Position numbers and translations under genes: made by a program. Under the pieces are notes generated by a model. It searched no databases, was not told the DNA's origin, and saw nothing but the letters and a program-made list of their open reading frames with translations. Positions 49,586 through 62,585 of a stretch of DNA of 64,000 nt are shown here, one piece after another. Position 1 is the stretch's first letter, and every line of letters begins with the position of its first letter. This DNA comes from Takakia lepidozioides. Taxonomy: Eukaryota > Plantae > Bryophyta. The DNA is taken from positions 71,672,001 through 71,736,000 of the forward strand of contig CM060732.1 in assembly GCA_030704615.1 (NCBI GenBank), read 5' to 3'.

Positions 49586-51117
49586 GTGCACCCCCGTATC
49601 ATCCACAGGCCATCCCGTTGTTATCCACACTCGCGAGATAGTCTGGTCTCCCCCACAGTAGAGCGCTTACTCCAGCCCCTTGGTACTGCTCCAATCGCTT
49701 CCACATATCCTTGGAATATTGAATTGGGGGTCACCCCTGGCTCCACATTCACCATGGGTTTGACGGTGCCTACGCCTATGGTTTCTGCTCCAACCCCCCT
49801 GCACATGGGTTTGACCTCCGGCAAACCATCATCTGGCCCAGTAGCAGGTCGAACACGGCATAGGGTTGCTGCAAAAACTTCGGGACGCCAATTGAACCTG
49901 CAGGGCATGGAGCAAGTGGATCAGAAAGAAACAAAGGATAAGGGGAAGGAGAAGGAACACATGAAGGGCGAGGGGGAGCAGACCGGAGAGGGGATCGGCA
50001 AGGGGAAGCAAAGACCCCCGAAGGATGAGGGGGAGCCGGAGCGTGCGCAAAAAATACGGGTGACGATGCGGGGGAGGGAAGCGAACCGTGCAGCTGAGGG
50101 GGAAAGTAACGCTATCACTAGAACAGGGAAGAAACAGAAGGCAAAATCTGGTCGGCCAGAAGTCACTAAGTAAGTGGGCCAGGGCTTCCAACGACCAAGG
50201 GGGGACCAAATTCATGGTGAGTACATTCAGCAGGGCTTATACGCATGATAGGGGGATGATATGGTTGCTTGAAAACACCCTTAACAGAACTTGTGTTAAA
50301 TGCAGAAACCAGAATAGACTGAGGGAAAAGCTCCCAGAGGACAAGGGCTGCCTTGTTTTCTTCAAAGGCACTCCACAGGAGTCCATTCTGGGTTCATGGG
50401 ATTATCTACGGTTGTCAAAATTGTATGGGGAAGCGGGAGATGGAGGGGTGTTTTTGTATGCCAATATTTTGTAGCTATCCCTGGAGGAGAGTAATTGTTG
50501 CTAGTGGGCTGTGATGGACACACTGATATGGACGGCTTTGGAGGCATCAACCAAGGACGACCTTCACATGATTTCCAAAGGGCTTGTAAATGATTGGGTA
50601 ACTGAGAAGTGCCTAGGGAAGGATCCAGATAAGGTTCAGACATGGTTCATCCCCTTATGCTCTGGGTACGTCCCTCAATCCTCCTATTTTGCAGCTTTGA
50701 CCGACTTTGATTTGATTTGGAAAGCATTAGTGGTGTCTGGCCTCAAACACATGTGCGTTCTGTAGGGGCCATTGGAGTTTGATGGTTTTTGATAAGTCCA
50801 AGTTTGTTCATCTGAATTCCATGACATCATTCAGATCCCATAGCCGACTTGCCTTTGAAACGCGTCTTCGCACTTTTAGAGCATACCTACACAAAGCCGA
50901 ACCGGACTCAGTACTTTGGAATGAAATAATGGCATGGGAGTGGCTGGAACCTAAGGTGCCACAACAACCAAGCGGCTGGGAGTGTGGCTACTTTGTAATG
51001 ACTTTCATACAGAAATACTTGGAGACCAAAATCACAAAAAAATGGGGGGCAACTTTTACAGCAAATTGGTTTACATGTGAGTACGCAGTATCAAAGCAAG
51101 ATTTTCTTTGTGGATAA
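49586..51117 (+). pseudogene. Ulp1-like (peptidase C48) gene of element C, spliced, degenerate
   Basis: WFIPLCSG|GHWSLMVFD...HLNS...PKVPQQPSGWECGYFV across a GT-AG intron (~50666-50765); in-frame TAG at 50472; 5' end unresolved. Confidence 0.75.
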
Positions 51118-51269
51118 TTGGGATGATGCAGATTTGCAGCATAGACTGTCGCATGTGCATGCCTCGGATGCCTCGGATGTAGCTATTGTATCTCCATTCC
51201 CCACGAAAAAAAAATGAAGCTTGTCCTCCTCTTTGTAATCCCTTTGTACCTTCTTTGGCGTCCACTAAG

Positions 51270-51800
51270 CTGTGAAGGGGATGAAGGGGTGAGGGGATCC
51301 TTGAGGTGGATCAGACAACCAGGGATCAGGTGGGGTCAGGGGGGGGGGATCAGGGGATCAGGGGGGATCAGGGGTTCAGGAAGGGATCAGGGGGATCCTG
51401 GGATTAGGGGGCTCAGGTTCAGGGCGGTCGGGGGATGAGGGGATGAAGAAGACAAGGGATTGTATAAGGGGTTAGCGGGGATCGGGGAAGCAGGGGAACG
51501 GGCGGGAGAGATCAAGGAACCAGGGGAACGGGTGGGGAGAACAGGGGATCAGGGAACCAGGGGAATGGTTGGGGAGATCAGGGAATTAGGGAAGCAGGGG
51601 AACCGGCCGGGAGAAGAGGGGATCAAGGAACCAGGGGGACGGGTGGGGAGATCAGGGGATCAGGGAAGCAGAGGAATAGGCCGGGAGATGAGGGGATCAT
51701 GGAGGGAATGTCGGGAGCTGGATGGGGGATAAGGGGATGAGGGGACCACGGGGTGAGGGGATGAGGGACGGCAGGTTTCGAATCAGGGGATCGGGGGATT
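51270..51800 (+). repeat. G-rich GGGGATCA/GGGGAAC degenerate tandem repeats
   Basis: Dense GGGGATCAGG units; strongly purine/G-skewed. Confidence 0.85.
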
Positions 51801-51957
51801 ACTGGTGAAAAGTCGCGTGTGAAGGAGCAAGTTGTGAAAGGTCATGTCCGTGTTTTGCACTATGAAAGGTCACGTCTCTTGCATGTACGAGTGGTGCATA
51901 AGCATGCAACAAAAACTAAAAATAAACCCCAAAGCAAAATCTGAAATTTGCCCAACA

Positions 51958-52383
51958 ATGGCGGAGAGCCCAGAGTCGGAAGATGACCCAAAGCCCACAA
52001 ACTTTCGCTTTAGTCCAAGACAGTGTCATTTGCTCTCTGAAAGGGACGATGATACTGAAGCATCGGTTTTATGGTGCACTGCCTTGCAAATGCAATGGTA
52101 TCCTCCTTTTCAAATGGAGAACTTTGAACTGGTGGCTTCACGTTGGAAGCGAATGTATAATGGTTATGAGACAGAATGGCTTTCAAAACCACATATACGG
52201 TGTCCGATATGTTATATACACTATGGGAATCCAAATGGTTCCCACCGAGGTCACCACAAATGTCTCTCATACCACTGTGAATCGCACAAAACATCATGGG
52301 TCATTGAACACAAGGCGTTGGTTTCAATAATTGCCCCGCCGGATGACAGCCGCACTGACTTGTTGAGCGAACTCTTTGGGTGA
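51958..52383 (+). CDS. Orphan 141-aa Cys/His-containing protein of element C
   Basis: Open ORF with CPICYIH...HHKCLSYHCESH, flanked on both sides by GGGGATC arrays and convergent with the transposase. Confidence 0.5.
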   Translation: MAESPESEDDPKPTNFRFSPRQCHLLSERDDDTEASVLWCTALQMQWYPPFQMENFELVASRWKRMYNGYETEWLSKPHIRCPICYIHYGNPNGSHRGHHKCLSYHCESHKTSWVIEHKALVSIIAPPDDSRTDLLSELFG

Positions 52384-52988
52384 TACATGGGGGAGCAGTG
52401 CACGGTGAAGGGGACCGGGCATATAAGTCCATTGCAAAGCTGCAGGGGATGAGGGGGAGCAGTGAATGGGAAGGGGATCACGGGGAGCTGAGCACAACCT
52501 CGGAAAGCAGCGGTGTGAGGGGGCCAGCTGTGATGAGAAGGGGGATCAGGGGGATCAGGGGACCTCTGCCATTTCAGGGGAGCAGAGGCCGAAGCACTAC
52601 ACGAAGAGGGGGATGATGGGAGGAGGGGAGCAATGTGCTTGCAATGCAAAAAAGGTGGCACGGAACGCACTAGAGACTGGTGGCAACCGTTTTTCAGTAT
52701 TGGAATTAAGGACTGTTAATTTAAAGGCTAAACATAAAAGTGGGCAGTAATTTGTGTTTTGAACAGCACTGCAAATGCATGCATACAGACTCAATTGCAA
52801 TAAAGATCATCCACATCTCCTTCATTCCATTGTGAATCACAGAACACATGCGTCACTGAACATAGCTTCAGCCATTTTGAATAATGAGAAATTGTTTGAT
52901 ACCAAATGCTTCGATGAGAATGCAATCTCAGGGAAATCAACAATCTGAATTGGAGCACGAGAGCATAAACCTGCTTGCTCTCAACCCT

Positions 52989-55900
52989 TCAATCTGGGAT
53001 GCCCAACTTGACGAAGTGCATGCAAAATAGACGAAGATGGAGGGATTGCTGAGACTCTTTTGGATCCAAGACGTCTTGATTTCCGTGAATAGAAACCTCT
53101 ACCCAATCCTTTCTTCTCTTCAAACTCATTCCCGATCCATCCTGAACACGTTCAAACCTTCTTACAAGATGTGGGTGGAGAAGACCCGCAGCCATGCGTG
53201 TAGCCATTTGCGCTAGCTTTCCTCTCATGACACGAAGGTCACTCAAAAGATGGTTCTGAAGGGCCATGTTACCTTTCACACAGACTTCCAAACCGAGCAT
53301 CTCCTCTGCGATGGCCTTCATGACAGTTGCCTGCGATTCATGGCGGGGCTGCTGCTCCCCCAAGACATTGCCAGCTGGAACCGTGTCTGGTGCAGGGGGA
53401 TCAATGCCACACATGGGATCTGTGTCACACGGGGGCTCCGCAGCGGACAGGGGATCAAGGTCGAGCAGCTTGGCCATGCCCCCATTGAGTGTTCCAAGTC
53501 GTGTTCCACAAGTTCGGACAATTAAACCCTCTGGTACATGTGGCCGCAACATCTTGGACACCTTCACTTGGTGCTTGCATAGGTTCCCTTCCATGGCGTT
53601 AGGGCAGTCACAACAAGCCCACTCGGATGCTGGATTGCATATAGTGTATATAGTGCCTGGAGAAGACATGTTTTTTTACCTTCGCAGGATCCCCCGTGTA
53701 CTCGGGCAATTCCACGTTGGATTCCGGTATCTGCCCAGCCATCCACACCGCATTTTGCACGAAAATGTTCCATCCTAGAGTTGCGAATGAACCCTTCAGC
53801 TTTCAAGGTCGAAATGTACAAGTAATGTGTGAGGAGGCTACCTGTTAGGATGTAGACCAACCAATCCAGTCGACGCCCGTCCATTTTCTGTCTTGTTTGG
53901 GACAACCGCCTCTTCAGGTTCGCATGGTACGCTTCAATTCCAACATTCGTATCTTGTCCGGCATGTGGGATATTTCGAGCTCCAACAACCCACATGTCCA
54001 CTTTCGGGATCCACCATTTGTGGATATACAGGAAGAACAGTTTAGCTGCGGGATACTTTGTTTGTAACTCATACAATCTAAACACAACCCAGGCCTGCGC
54101 AAAGTCACCAATGGGACCACCTTTATTGTACATGATGTCACCCATACCTTGCAAGACATCGGCCCTTAACTGGGCATCCTTGATCTTCTCGATGGCATTC
54201 CTCTGCCAGGCCCTTCGAACATGCCAAAGGCACAGGAAAACCGGCATCCCTGGGAACGTATGCCTGAACCATCCACAAAACGGCATTAGCAAGGCCACTA
54301 CAACACCACAATAGGACCACCACAAAATCAGATACAAGTATGAATCTCTGATAAGTGCTCCCTGCTCGTGATCCCCTGATCCCCTTTGACTGAAACCCCT
54401 CATGCAGATCCGGTGAAGGCAATGAAAGGGGAATACATGAGCCCTCCTATGGCCAATGAAAGGCTGATAAAAATCACATTGTCGGATCAAACATGTGTTG
54501 GTCCTGATCCCCTGGTCCCCTGATCACCGATCCCATAATTGATCCCCTTTCACTGATCCCCCATGCAACCCTACACTCTTGGTCCCCTCTACACGGATCC
54601 CCCGGCAGGAAACATTGTGATTGTTCCCCTCTCAGTGCTCCCCTCATGCAGAAGCAGGCAAGGCAATGGAAGTTCATTGGTAGGGGGGAGGGATTGAGAA
54701 CAAACCGAATGGCGTTAATCTCAGCATTGGCATCGTAATGCGTTGGGATGCCAATCCGGCTGATCGGCCTGGAGCCTTGGACGAAGAGCCAACATCCAAC
54801 TAGACAAATCGTTGGCATTGTTTCTTGAAGATATTATGTATGCAACAGGGATGCCGTTCAGCCAAATGTCAAAGACCATAAGAGTATACATGGCATACTG
54901 CACACAAAGACGAAAATGTGCAATGTAAGTACTTTTGTTTTGAAAATAGGCGAAACATTTTACTAAAATTAATGACAAGAAATCACAGGAGGTGAACCCC
55001 GAACCCTGCAACCCCTTCTGTTCTCATTTTAGTATTATGTGATCCCCCCTGTGGGCTATGCCATGATCCCTTGGAAGGAGACCATCCCTCCATTATTCCT
55101 CTCTATAACCCCCCAAGGCATGCATTTGCTAAGCTGTCTTCCCTCCTGCCTACGCACCCCTCACTACGAATCACACAAGTACCTGTCATGGTCCCAAAAT
55201 GGTCCCAACATATACAGATTAATATACATAATGGAGTTTGGCCTATGTGTCTAGTCCCCTAATGGGCTGAGGCAGCCGTGGTGTTGAATCCAATAGGGGG
55301 ATTAATAGGTCACTGGTGATGACCCAATGTCGTGATCCCCTGCACATCGGATAAGGCTATGGTCCTCCTGTGCCCCTGCTCCCCATTGATCCCCTTCACA
55401 GTGAAAGATGTTATGCTCTCATGCTCCCAGGAGTCCACGCCGTCGATTCCACACACCTTGTGTTCATTCGTTCCGAAGGTCGCATCACAAGAGACGATAC
55501 GTTTGTCACCCATTTGGAGCATTGTTTTTTTCTGAAATTTTGTTTGAATGCCAATGGCAAATTTGAGGTCGACATTGTCGCGCCGTGTTCCTCTAGCAGG
55601 GGCATCGGGCGTGTCCTCTTGATAGAAGAAAATACTCTGGGGCTGGGCCTCCTTCCACATCTTCAGACTGGTCCCCTCGTCCTTATGTCGCTTGAAAGTC
55701 TCACATGCCAGCTTGTCCATGATGTTTCTAATGTCATGCTCAAGCACAACATCATCACGACACCACTTCTCTCCATTGACCTTGCTGTCAAATATTGTTG
55801 TTCATGTTGGGCCATGATTTCAGCAGGCGACAACCCAGCACATATGCTATCCGTTATCCACATCTTAGCCTCTTCACTAAGGTGAGGTGCGTGCGCGAAA

Positions 55901-56727
55901 CGGGTGTTACTTGAAGTCGGGTCAATGTGGCCATGGCAGACCTTGTCACATCCATCAACATGATTTTTGTTGTAGTATGTTATGACAGCAAGAGAAGGAT
56001 CCAGGTTGCATCGTCCAATCAAAACTGACAGAGGCAACCCCTCTTGATGGACTCTCCCTAAATGACTTTCTTCCGTCTCGGCCCTTTGTGGTTGTTGTAA
56101 GAAGGCAATGAAGCATCCAGCACACACCCTCTCCTGCCGTTCCTTCTCTTCAAAGAATGTTTATTGACATATATTACATTTGTGCGCTTGTCCTCAGGTC
56201 CATAAGAACAATGGAACCTGAACAACGATGAGAACTATGTCGGCGGAGTGGAATACTCGGAGCAAGAGAGCATATCATTTTGACAAAATAGAAGAGCAAA
56301 CAATGCAAACAAGCAGCATGCCATTACAAAGAACACATAGAGACCATCCAGAAACCACAAAGGTGAAGGCGGACTTCATGACAAGAGAGCAACTATTGGC
56401 CCTTGGAGCTAAGAGCTCGCCCTCCTCATGCTTTCCCTTTTTAGGCACCGTTATGTTGAAGTGAGTGGGCGCCTCTGCCCTTTCTTCCTCCCCTCTCACA
56501 AAATCGTTGATCCTGCTCCAAGGAATGACCGCAACATCCGTATATACATGATGTCCACCTCCACTTGAAATAGTTGGAGTCCATATAAGCGACCTGTGGT
56601 TGAACCATCCGGGGGGATTTGCAATGTGCCACGCAGCTGTGATAGAAGGAATGACGTGCGCAACTCCAAAGATCCAGTCATGATGCCCGGCACCCCTGCA
56701 GGAACAGTATACATCCGCAGACCACAC
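52989..56727 (-). pseudogene. Multi-exon MULE-type SWIM transposase resembling the plant At4g13970/At1g60560 family
   Basis: IPWSRINDFVRGE, CSYGPED, HVDGCDKVCHG, FAIGIQT, SCDATFGTN, GIPVAYII, LCLWHVRRAW, DTNVGIEAYH, SWIM CDC...CKH; frameshifts. The family assignment is from memory. Confidence 0.8.
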
Positions 56728-56959
56728 GCATCCTGCAGAAATAGTTTACAGCAGCAAAGTACACGCGCAAGTGCAGCATACACGTGCGCAAAGATGATCA
56801 AATCTGCGAGCAGCCGGAAACCCTAAATTTCAATACATCCACTCCGTTCATCTCACAGACCAAAATGGTAGGGGACGCGCATGGCCGTTGGATGGGGAGG
56901 ACGACATAGATGAACAGAATGATAGCCACGTGCAAACAACCCTGACATTTGACACGTGG

Positions 56960-57818
56960 AAGGGGGATCTCTCCCGGGGGGGGAGCGGAAGGATGGGGGA
57001 TCACTCCAGGTGGTGTGGGGGATCAACGGAGAGGGGACCGCCATGGGGGGGAACGATCACCTGTTCTGCCGTTGACGCGCGGGGGGGGGGGGGGGGGGGG
57101 GGGTGTTTAAGGGTGGGAAGACACGCGGCATGGCGGCGGCGGGGGATCAACCACAGGCGGGGGGAGGGGTGGATCGGGGGTAGAAGACGAGAGGGGGATC
57201 AATGCCCGGGGGATCAACCGAGGCGGGGGGTCGCGGCCCAGGGGATCGCCACGTGGATGGGAGGACGGGATCGAATGCCGGGGGACCGCGGATGACCCAG
57301 TTTTGAGGTTGGATGGATGCGCAGGGATCCTCGTTCAGGGAGCACCACGTGGCGGCCAATGGCTGGAGGGGGATCAGTCACCGCATTGGACGGGGGATCA
57401 AACGAGGGGGGGACCTGGCGATGGCCCGGGGGATCGCGCCTCCGATGGGATGAGGGGATCGACGGCGGAGGGAGTGCCACGTGGCGGTGGGCGTGCCATG
57501 GGGCCTTCATCCGGCCGTCGTCCATCCACTGCGCGGGAGGATGGCGGGGGGATGAGGGGCGGATGACCCAGAACATCCATTGTTTTGAGGTTGGATGGAT
57601 GAGTAGGGGATTGACGGTTCGGGGCAGCACGTGGCGGGCGATTAGGGGTGGGGGATCACTGCCGGTCCGGAGTGGGGATCAAGCCAGGTCGGGGGGAGCG
57701 GTGACGTGTCGGGGGATCGCGCCGTGGATGGGAAGAGGGGATCGGCGGCGGGGGGAGCGCCACGTGCCGTCCGATGGGTGGAGGGGGATCAGTCACCGCA
57801 TTGGACGGGGGGTCAACC

Positions 57819-57850
<32 letters not shown>

Positions 57851-58205
57851 GGCGACGTGTCGGGGGATTGGGCCGTCGATGGGAAGAGGGTATCGACGGC
57901 GGGGGGAGCGGCACATGGCCTGTCAGTGTCATCGGGCCTTCATCCGGCCGTCGTCCATCCCTTGCACGGGAGGATGGCGGGGGGATGAGGGGCGGATGAC
58001 ACACAACATCCATTGTTTGTGAGGTTGGATGGATGCGCAGGGGATCAACGGTCCGGGGGAGCCGCACGTGGTGGGCGATTAGGGTTGGGGGATCACTCCT
58101 GGTCCGGAAGGGGGATCAAGGCGCATCGGGGGGAGCGCGTCGTGGATGGGAGGAGGGGATCGACGGCGGTGGGAGCGCCACGTGGCGATGGGTGCATCAT
58201 GGGGC
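56960..58205. repeat. GC-rich subterminal repeats of element C (GGGGATC and GCCACGTGGC units, poly-G runs)
   Basis: Same units as in the TIRs; poly-G at ~57081-57103 and ~57822-57849. Confidence 0.85.
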
Positions 58206-58901
58206 TGTAGTGTGAAAAGAAGGGGCGTGAATCCCCTTCTGGGTGATTCTAATCTGTACTCCTCCCCAGTTGAAGTCAAAGCAAAAGGAAGGAACGTTCT
58301 AGTGATCCAACCATCTTCACATGGCTGTGGGTTTCCCTTAGTTCGTTCGTGATCAGAGTTCATGCAATCCTCATCCACGCCGCAGCGGAAGAGAAGACAT
58401 GGATGGGGAGTTTTGAATTGTTCTTGCTCTTGGTTCTACTTTTATACAACAGCCTTGCCCTATGATCATAGCGCCAACAGTGCTGCCATGATCTTTTCTG
58501 TGATGCAACCAGCCCTATGACAGCGCTGAACACGACCCTTGATGTGAAGCTCCCTTGAGTAGTGACACGTCGGAAGCCCCCTTTGTAATGGTGACACAGA
58601 TTTAGAGGGAGGCAGCTCAGATCTGCCATGAACTGCAGGGCCACTGGTCTCCTTTAGGGTTCATGTTTTCTTCATCTCATCTCTCCAAATTGGCCATCCC
58701 CCATCAACCCCTTTTACTGAGCAGCTCTCTCCCTTCCCAAATCCTTTTCTCTCTCTCTCTAATCTTGGTCTATAGGTTCCTCACTTCTTCAACATCAGCA
58801 TATCTACCATGCAATGCAATGCACAACTCAGCCAGGCATCCAGTGCACCCAGCCTTGAAATCATCCTCGGTCACACAAGGCATAAACATCCCATTCATCA
58901 G

Positions 58902-58965
<64 letters not shown>

Positions 58966-59178
58966 CAATGACCAACCCTTCACACTACCTTTTTCCAAAA
59001 GAAGCCATTGTCCAAACAGCTCTTAGACTTTCTACAGGTTTCAACCAAATACCCCAACAACCCTCTTTTCCCTTCAACTGTGAACCTCAGTTGTTCATAC
59101 CCTGAGACCATGCTGGAAATTAGTTTCAAAAACCAAATCAGTGTCGGTGTTGCCTCTCCATCCACATTATCCTTTCTC
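58206..59178 (+). mobile_element. 5' half of a D-family insertion, containing a (CT)n microsatellite at ~58903-58961
   Basis: Starts TGTAGTGTG after GGGC; aligns by eye with 17871-18822. Confidence 0.75.
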
Positions 59179-60405
59179 GGGGGAGTGCGCCGTGGATGGG
59201 AGGAGGGGATCAATGGCGGCGGGAGCGCCACGTGGCGATGGACGCGTCATGGGGCCTTCATCCGGCCGTCATCCGTTTAATTGAGGTTGGATGGATGGGG
59301 AGGGGATCGACGGTTCAGGAGAGCGCCACGTGGCTGGAGATGGGGATGGGGGATCACTCCAACACTGGAAGGGGGATCAACCCAGGGAGGGGATCGACGG
59401 TTCAGGGTAGCGCCACGTGGCTGGAGATGGGGGGTGGGGATCACTCCGGCACTGGAAGGGGGATCAACCAGTGAGGGATCCACAGCGGGGGGCCGCCACG
59501 TGGCTAGAGATCGGGCGGTCCTGTGGGGCGGGGATCAGGGGCCCGGCGGCGGGGGGGGCGGGGCAACGGGCGGAGGGTCGGAGGGGGGTGGGGATGATTT
59601 GACATGGGGCGTCCAGCTCGCCGACGAGGCTGCCGGAGCGGGGTTCCCCGGCTGTACCTCGCGGGCCGTACCCGTCAGCTCACACGCTTGCAATAAAATC
59701 AAGCCACATCCATATTGGGACCGGAAAAACATGACCTCTTGATTGATAACCGCGGGTAAATTTCCAAATCATGACATTGTGCATAACCGTATGTACTCCA
59801 CCCCTGGAGAAAAAACTGTACGCAAACTCTCAAAAAAGTCCAAAACATGAGACCCGCCCAACACCGACGTACACCGTGTAACAGTACTAGACATGGGCAA
59901 ACGCTTGCCCCACCTCTCCTAATGACTTGCAAATCCTTAGGTACCACACATTAGATATCCGTTTTATCCATAGGTAGGTTGGCCATAATGGTTAGTATTG
60001 AATAGAAACCTATATGTAGTTTTGAGCCATGATTGGTTAGGGAGTTGGTATCCTATGAGCACAGTCTGAGCAGATAATGCGTGAGTGGGACAAAAAAACA
60101 AGTATGAGCACCATCCACGATTACATGTCGTAGGTGGACATAGGGTACTGCTATGTTACTAGGGTCAGTTACATGGTCTATGAGTATATTTTAACAAAAA
60201 CCCTATGTAAAACACAAATATTACACTACTTTTGATATTATGATATTATAGACAGCAATATTTGGCTAGCAAAACTACCTCAAAATTTGTGATCATGCAA
60301 GCACGTTTCATTGGCGTAAAAAACAAAAATGCAGTACTTCGCCTACGAAACTACTTCACTATTTGTGCTCACTCGACCACAATGAGTGTTGTTAGTGAAA
60401 ATAAC

Positions 60406-61020
60406 CAGTGTTGGGCGGTTCTCTGTATTCGTGACCAATAACCCGCGGGACCGGTTATGGATATATACCCACTACACCCGAGGTTCTAAAAAACTTTAAT
60501 AACCTGCCGTGCTCGCCACCGGCGGGGCGCACATGCCCCCGCTTGGGTTTGGAACCGGCTGGGCATGAGACATTGTTTTTAATTAACCTGACCTGTGTGG
60601 GGTAAGATGAGACCCCCGGTTACTATTAATGATACTTGGTGGTAACCAGCGGTTACTTGTTCTAGGTTTAGCCAGCATCTCGTGTTTACTCTCTTATTCT
60701 TGGTACAATGATAAGGAAGAGGTCTTTGTGAATCATATGAACGCATACAAAGTGTGTTGGAATAAATATAGAAGTGCTATAGTTCACCAAAGTGCCTAAG
60801 CCGTAAGGCTCTTCTAACCGTATCCGTTACAAGGACCGGCAATTCTATCCCAGTTATTAGATTTATAATATATCTGAACCGGATTGGCTAACCGGCATTT
60901 AAAAGTAGCCAAATAACCGGAATGTAACAGAACCGGAAGACATGAAACGACACTTAATAACCGGCTCTAGTGGTTCTTGAAAATCTTCAAAACCTAAATA
61001 ACCTAAACCGGAGGTTCCTA
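60406..61020. mobile_element. Possible hAT-like non-autonomous fragment
   Basis: Starts CAGTGTT and has many AACCGG/CCGGTT subterminal-type motifs; matching right TIR and TSD not found. Confidence 0.35.
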
Positions 61021-62585
61021 GAAAACAGTCATAATGAAAATAAAAGAGAGAGTTTTATGTGAGTACAAATTTTGAAGGGAAGACAATAGGAAGCGTGCCA
61101 TCTGACGGTACCTCGGTTTCACTATTAAATACTTAAGAATCCAGATGAGTTTATGCTGCGGTGCGGAGCGTGATGATAAGCCTGATAACTTTGCAGGCGG
61201 TGAGGATCCAGGTTTGATTCTTGATGGGAGGCCCTTGTAGTGTAACCGGGTATTAGTATTCCAATCTGTGTAACCCAGGTCTCTCATGTAACCTTGGTTA
61301 GTCCATTTTATACTTAGTCAAATTTCGAGACCAAGTGTGAGTTACACCACGTGGAGTTACACTAACCCAATATAACCCCAAGTGGAGTTACACGCCTTGT
61401 CATGTAACCCAGTGTAACCCCCATTGGAGTTTACACTCCTTCAGTTCCATGTCACTATCAAGAGAGGGTGGGGAGGATTTGACATGCCAGCGCACCATCC
61501 TGTCAGAGGTTGCACGTGTGCATTAAGCTCTTACATTATTCCTATTATCATTGGTTTCACAATTTTGTCCGGTGCACATATTTTCGTTGCAATGTAGCAT
61601 CTTCTTAGGATATTTCAGGAATCTATGGAATATTCTACTTTGCTGTCGTGAGTATGTTCACACGCTACCCAACCTCATTGGTTATATGGGCGATTTGCAC
61701 CCTAGCCATTGGACCATATGTTGGATTCTAAAACTACATGTAGATGTATTTATTTTATACTAATGTCTTACTCTAGCAATTAGATTAGGACTTGAGACAC
61801 ATCATAGTGAGAAGCTTAGGCCAGGTTGCATAGGCGCTTCCAATCAGCCCCCAAGGAACCAGGCCAAGATGGAATCTCCTCTCCAAAACCTTCAAGGGCA
61901 TTCTATTTAAGCAAATGAGGGGGCTACAAAGTTGGGGGCAATTGGAAGTGCCCATGGGATCCCTTAGATTTCAGTTTCCAATTGTGAAAAGCTGAGACTT
62001 TTTTGTTTCCAATGTGTAAACACCACGTTACATTCTTTGCGTTGGTGACACATTGGCTGTTTAACTTGGGGGCCTGTGCTCTTGGAGGGGGATATGCTCT
62101 AGCTCAAACAATATGCAACTCATGGCTTTAATGTAATGGCATGTATGGTGAGTGTGAGTTGAGTGCTGGAATTGTGATGTGGTAGCTCTTGGCAAGTGAT
62201 TCTAAACCGTCTACAAAGACACGCTCTCCAATTGTATCCACTGGAAAAAATCACTCGTAGGAGCGGAAAAGTTGAAACCCTAGAGCATAAACTTTGCTTC
62301 ACAACTTACAAGCTGTATTATGAGAATCCATGTTGTTGCGAAGAACTTACCATAGAAAAGACATAACACATAACACATAAACTGCTAAACTACATGTAAT
62401 GGTGGTGCAAGAATAAAGTTGTGGTGATTGAGAGAGAAAGAGAGGGGGGCCTGCAGAAGCAAGCCTACTTTTCGTATATTTCACCTTGAAAGGCTCTACT
62501 GGCATTGCTAAAATTCATGACTTACCAGAATGATCTGTACTTTCCTGGTATAATAACCAAAATAGGTCCCAACACATGTAGTAGA

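Larger units (their letters stand above)
42996..59723. mobile_element. Element C: 16.7-kb long-TIR MULE (rearranged, with nested insertions)
   Basis: Inverted repeats 42996-43376 and ~59250-59723 begin CGGTCCCAAT; 9-bp TSD with one mismatch, GAAGAACAT (42987-42995) and GAAAAACAT (59724-59732). Confidence 0.85.

Noticed and set aside
56888-58215. Gly/Arg/Pro-rich ORFs
   Set aside because: Artefacts of GC-rich subterminal repeats lacking stop codons; the same applies to the ORFs over the arrays at 23080-23584 and 28669-30077
61240-61440. TGTAACC/GAGTTACAC repeat cluster as a transposon end
   Set aside because: No TIR pair or TSD could be identified
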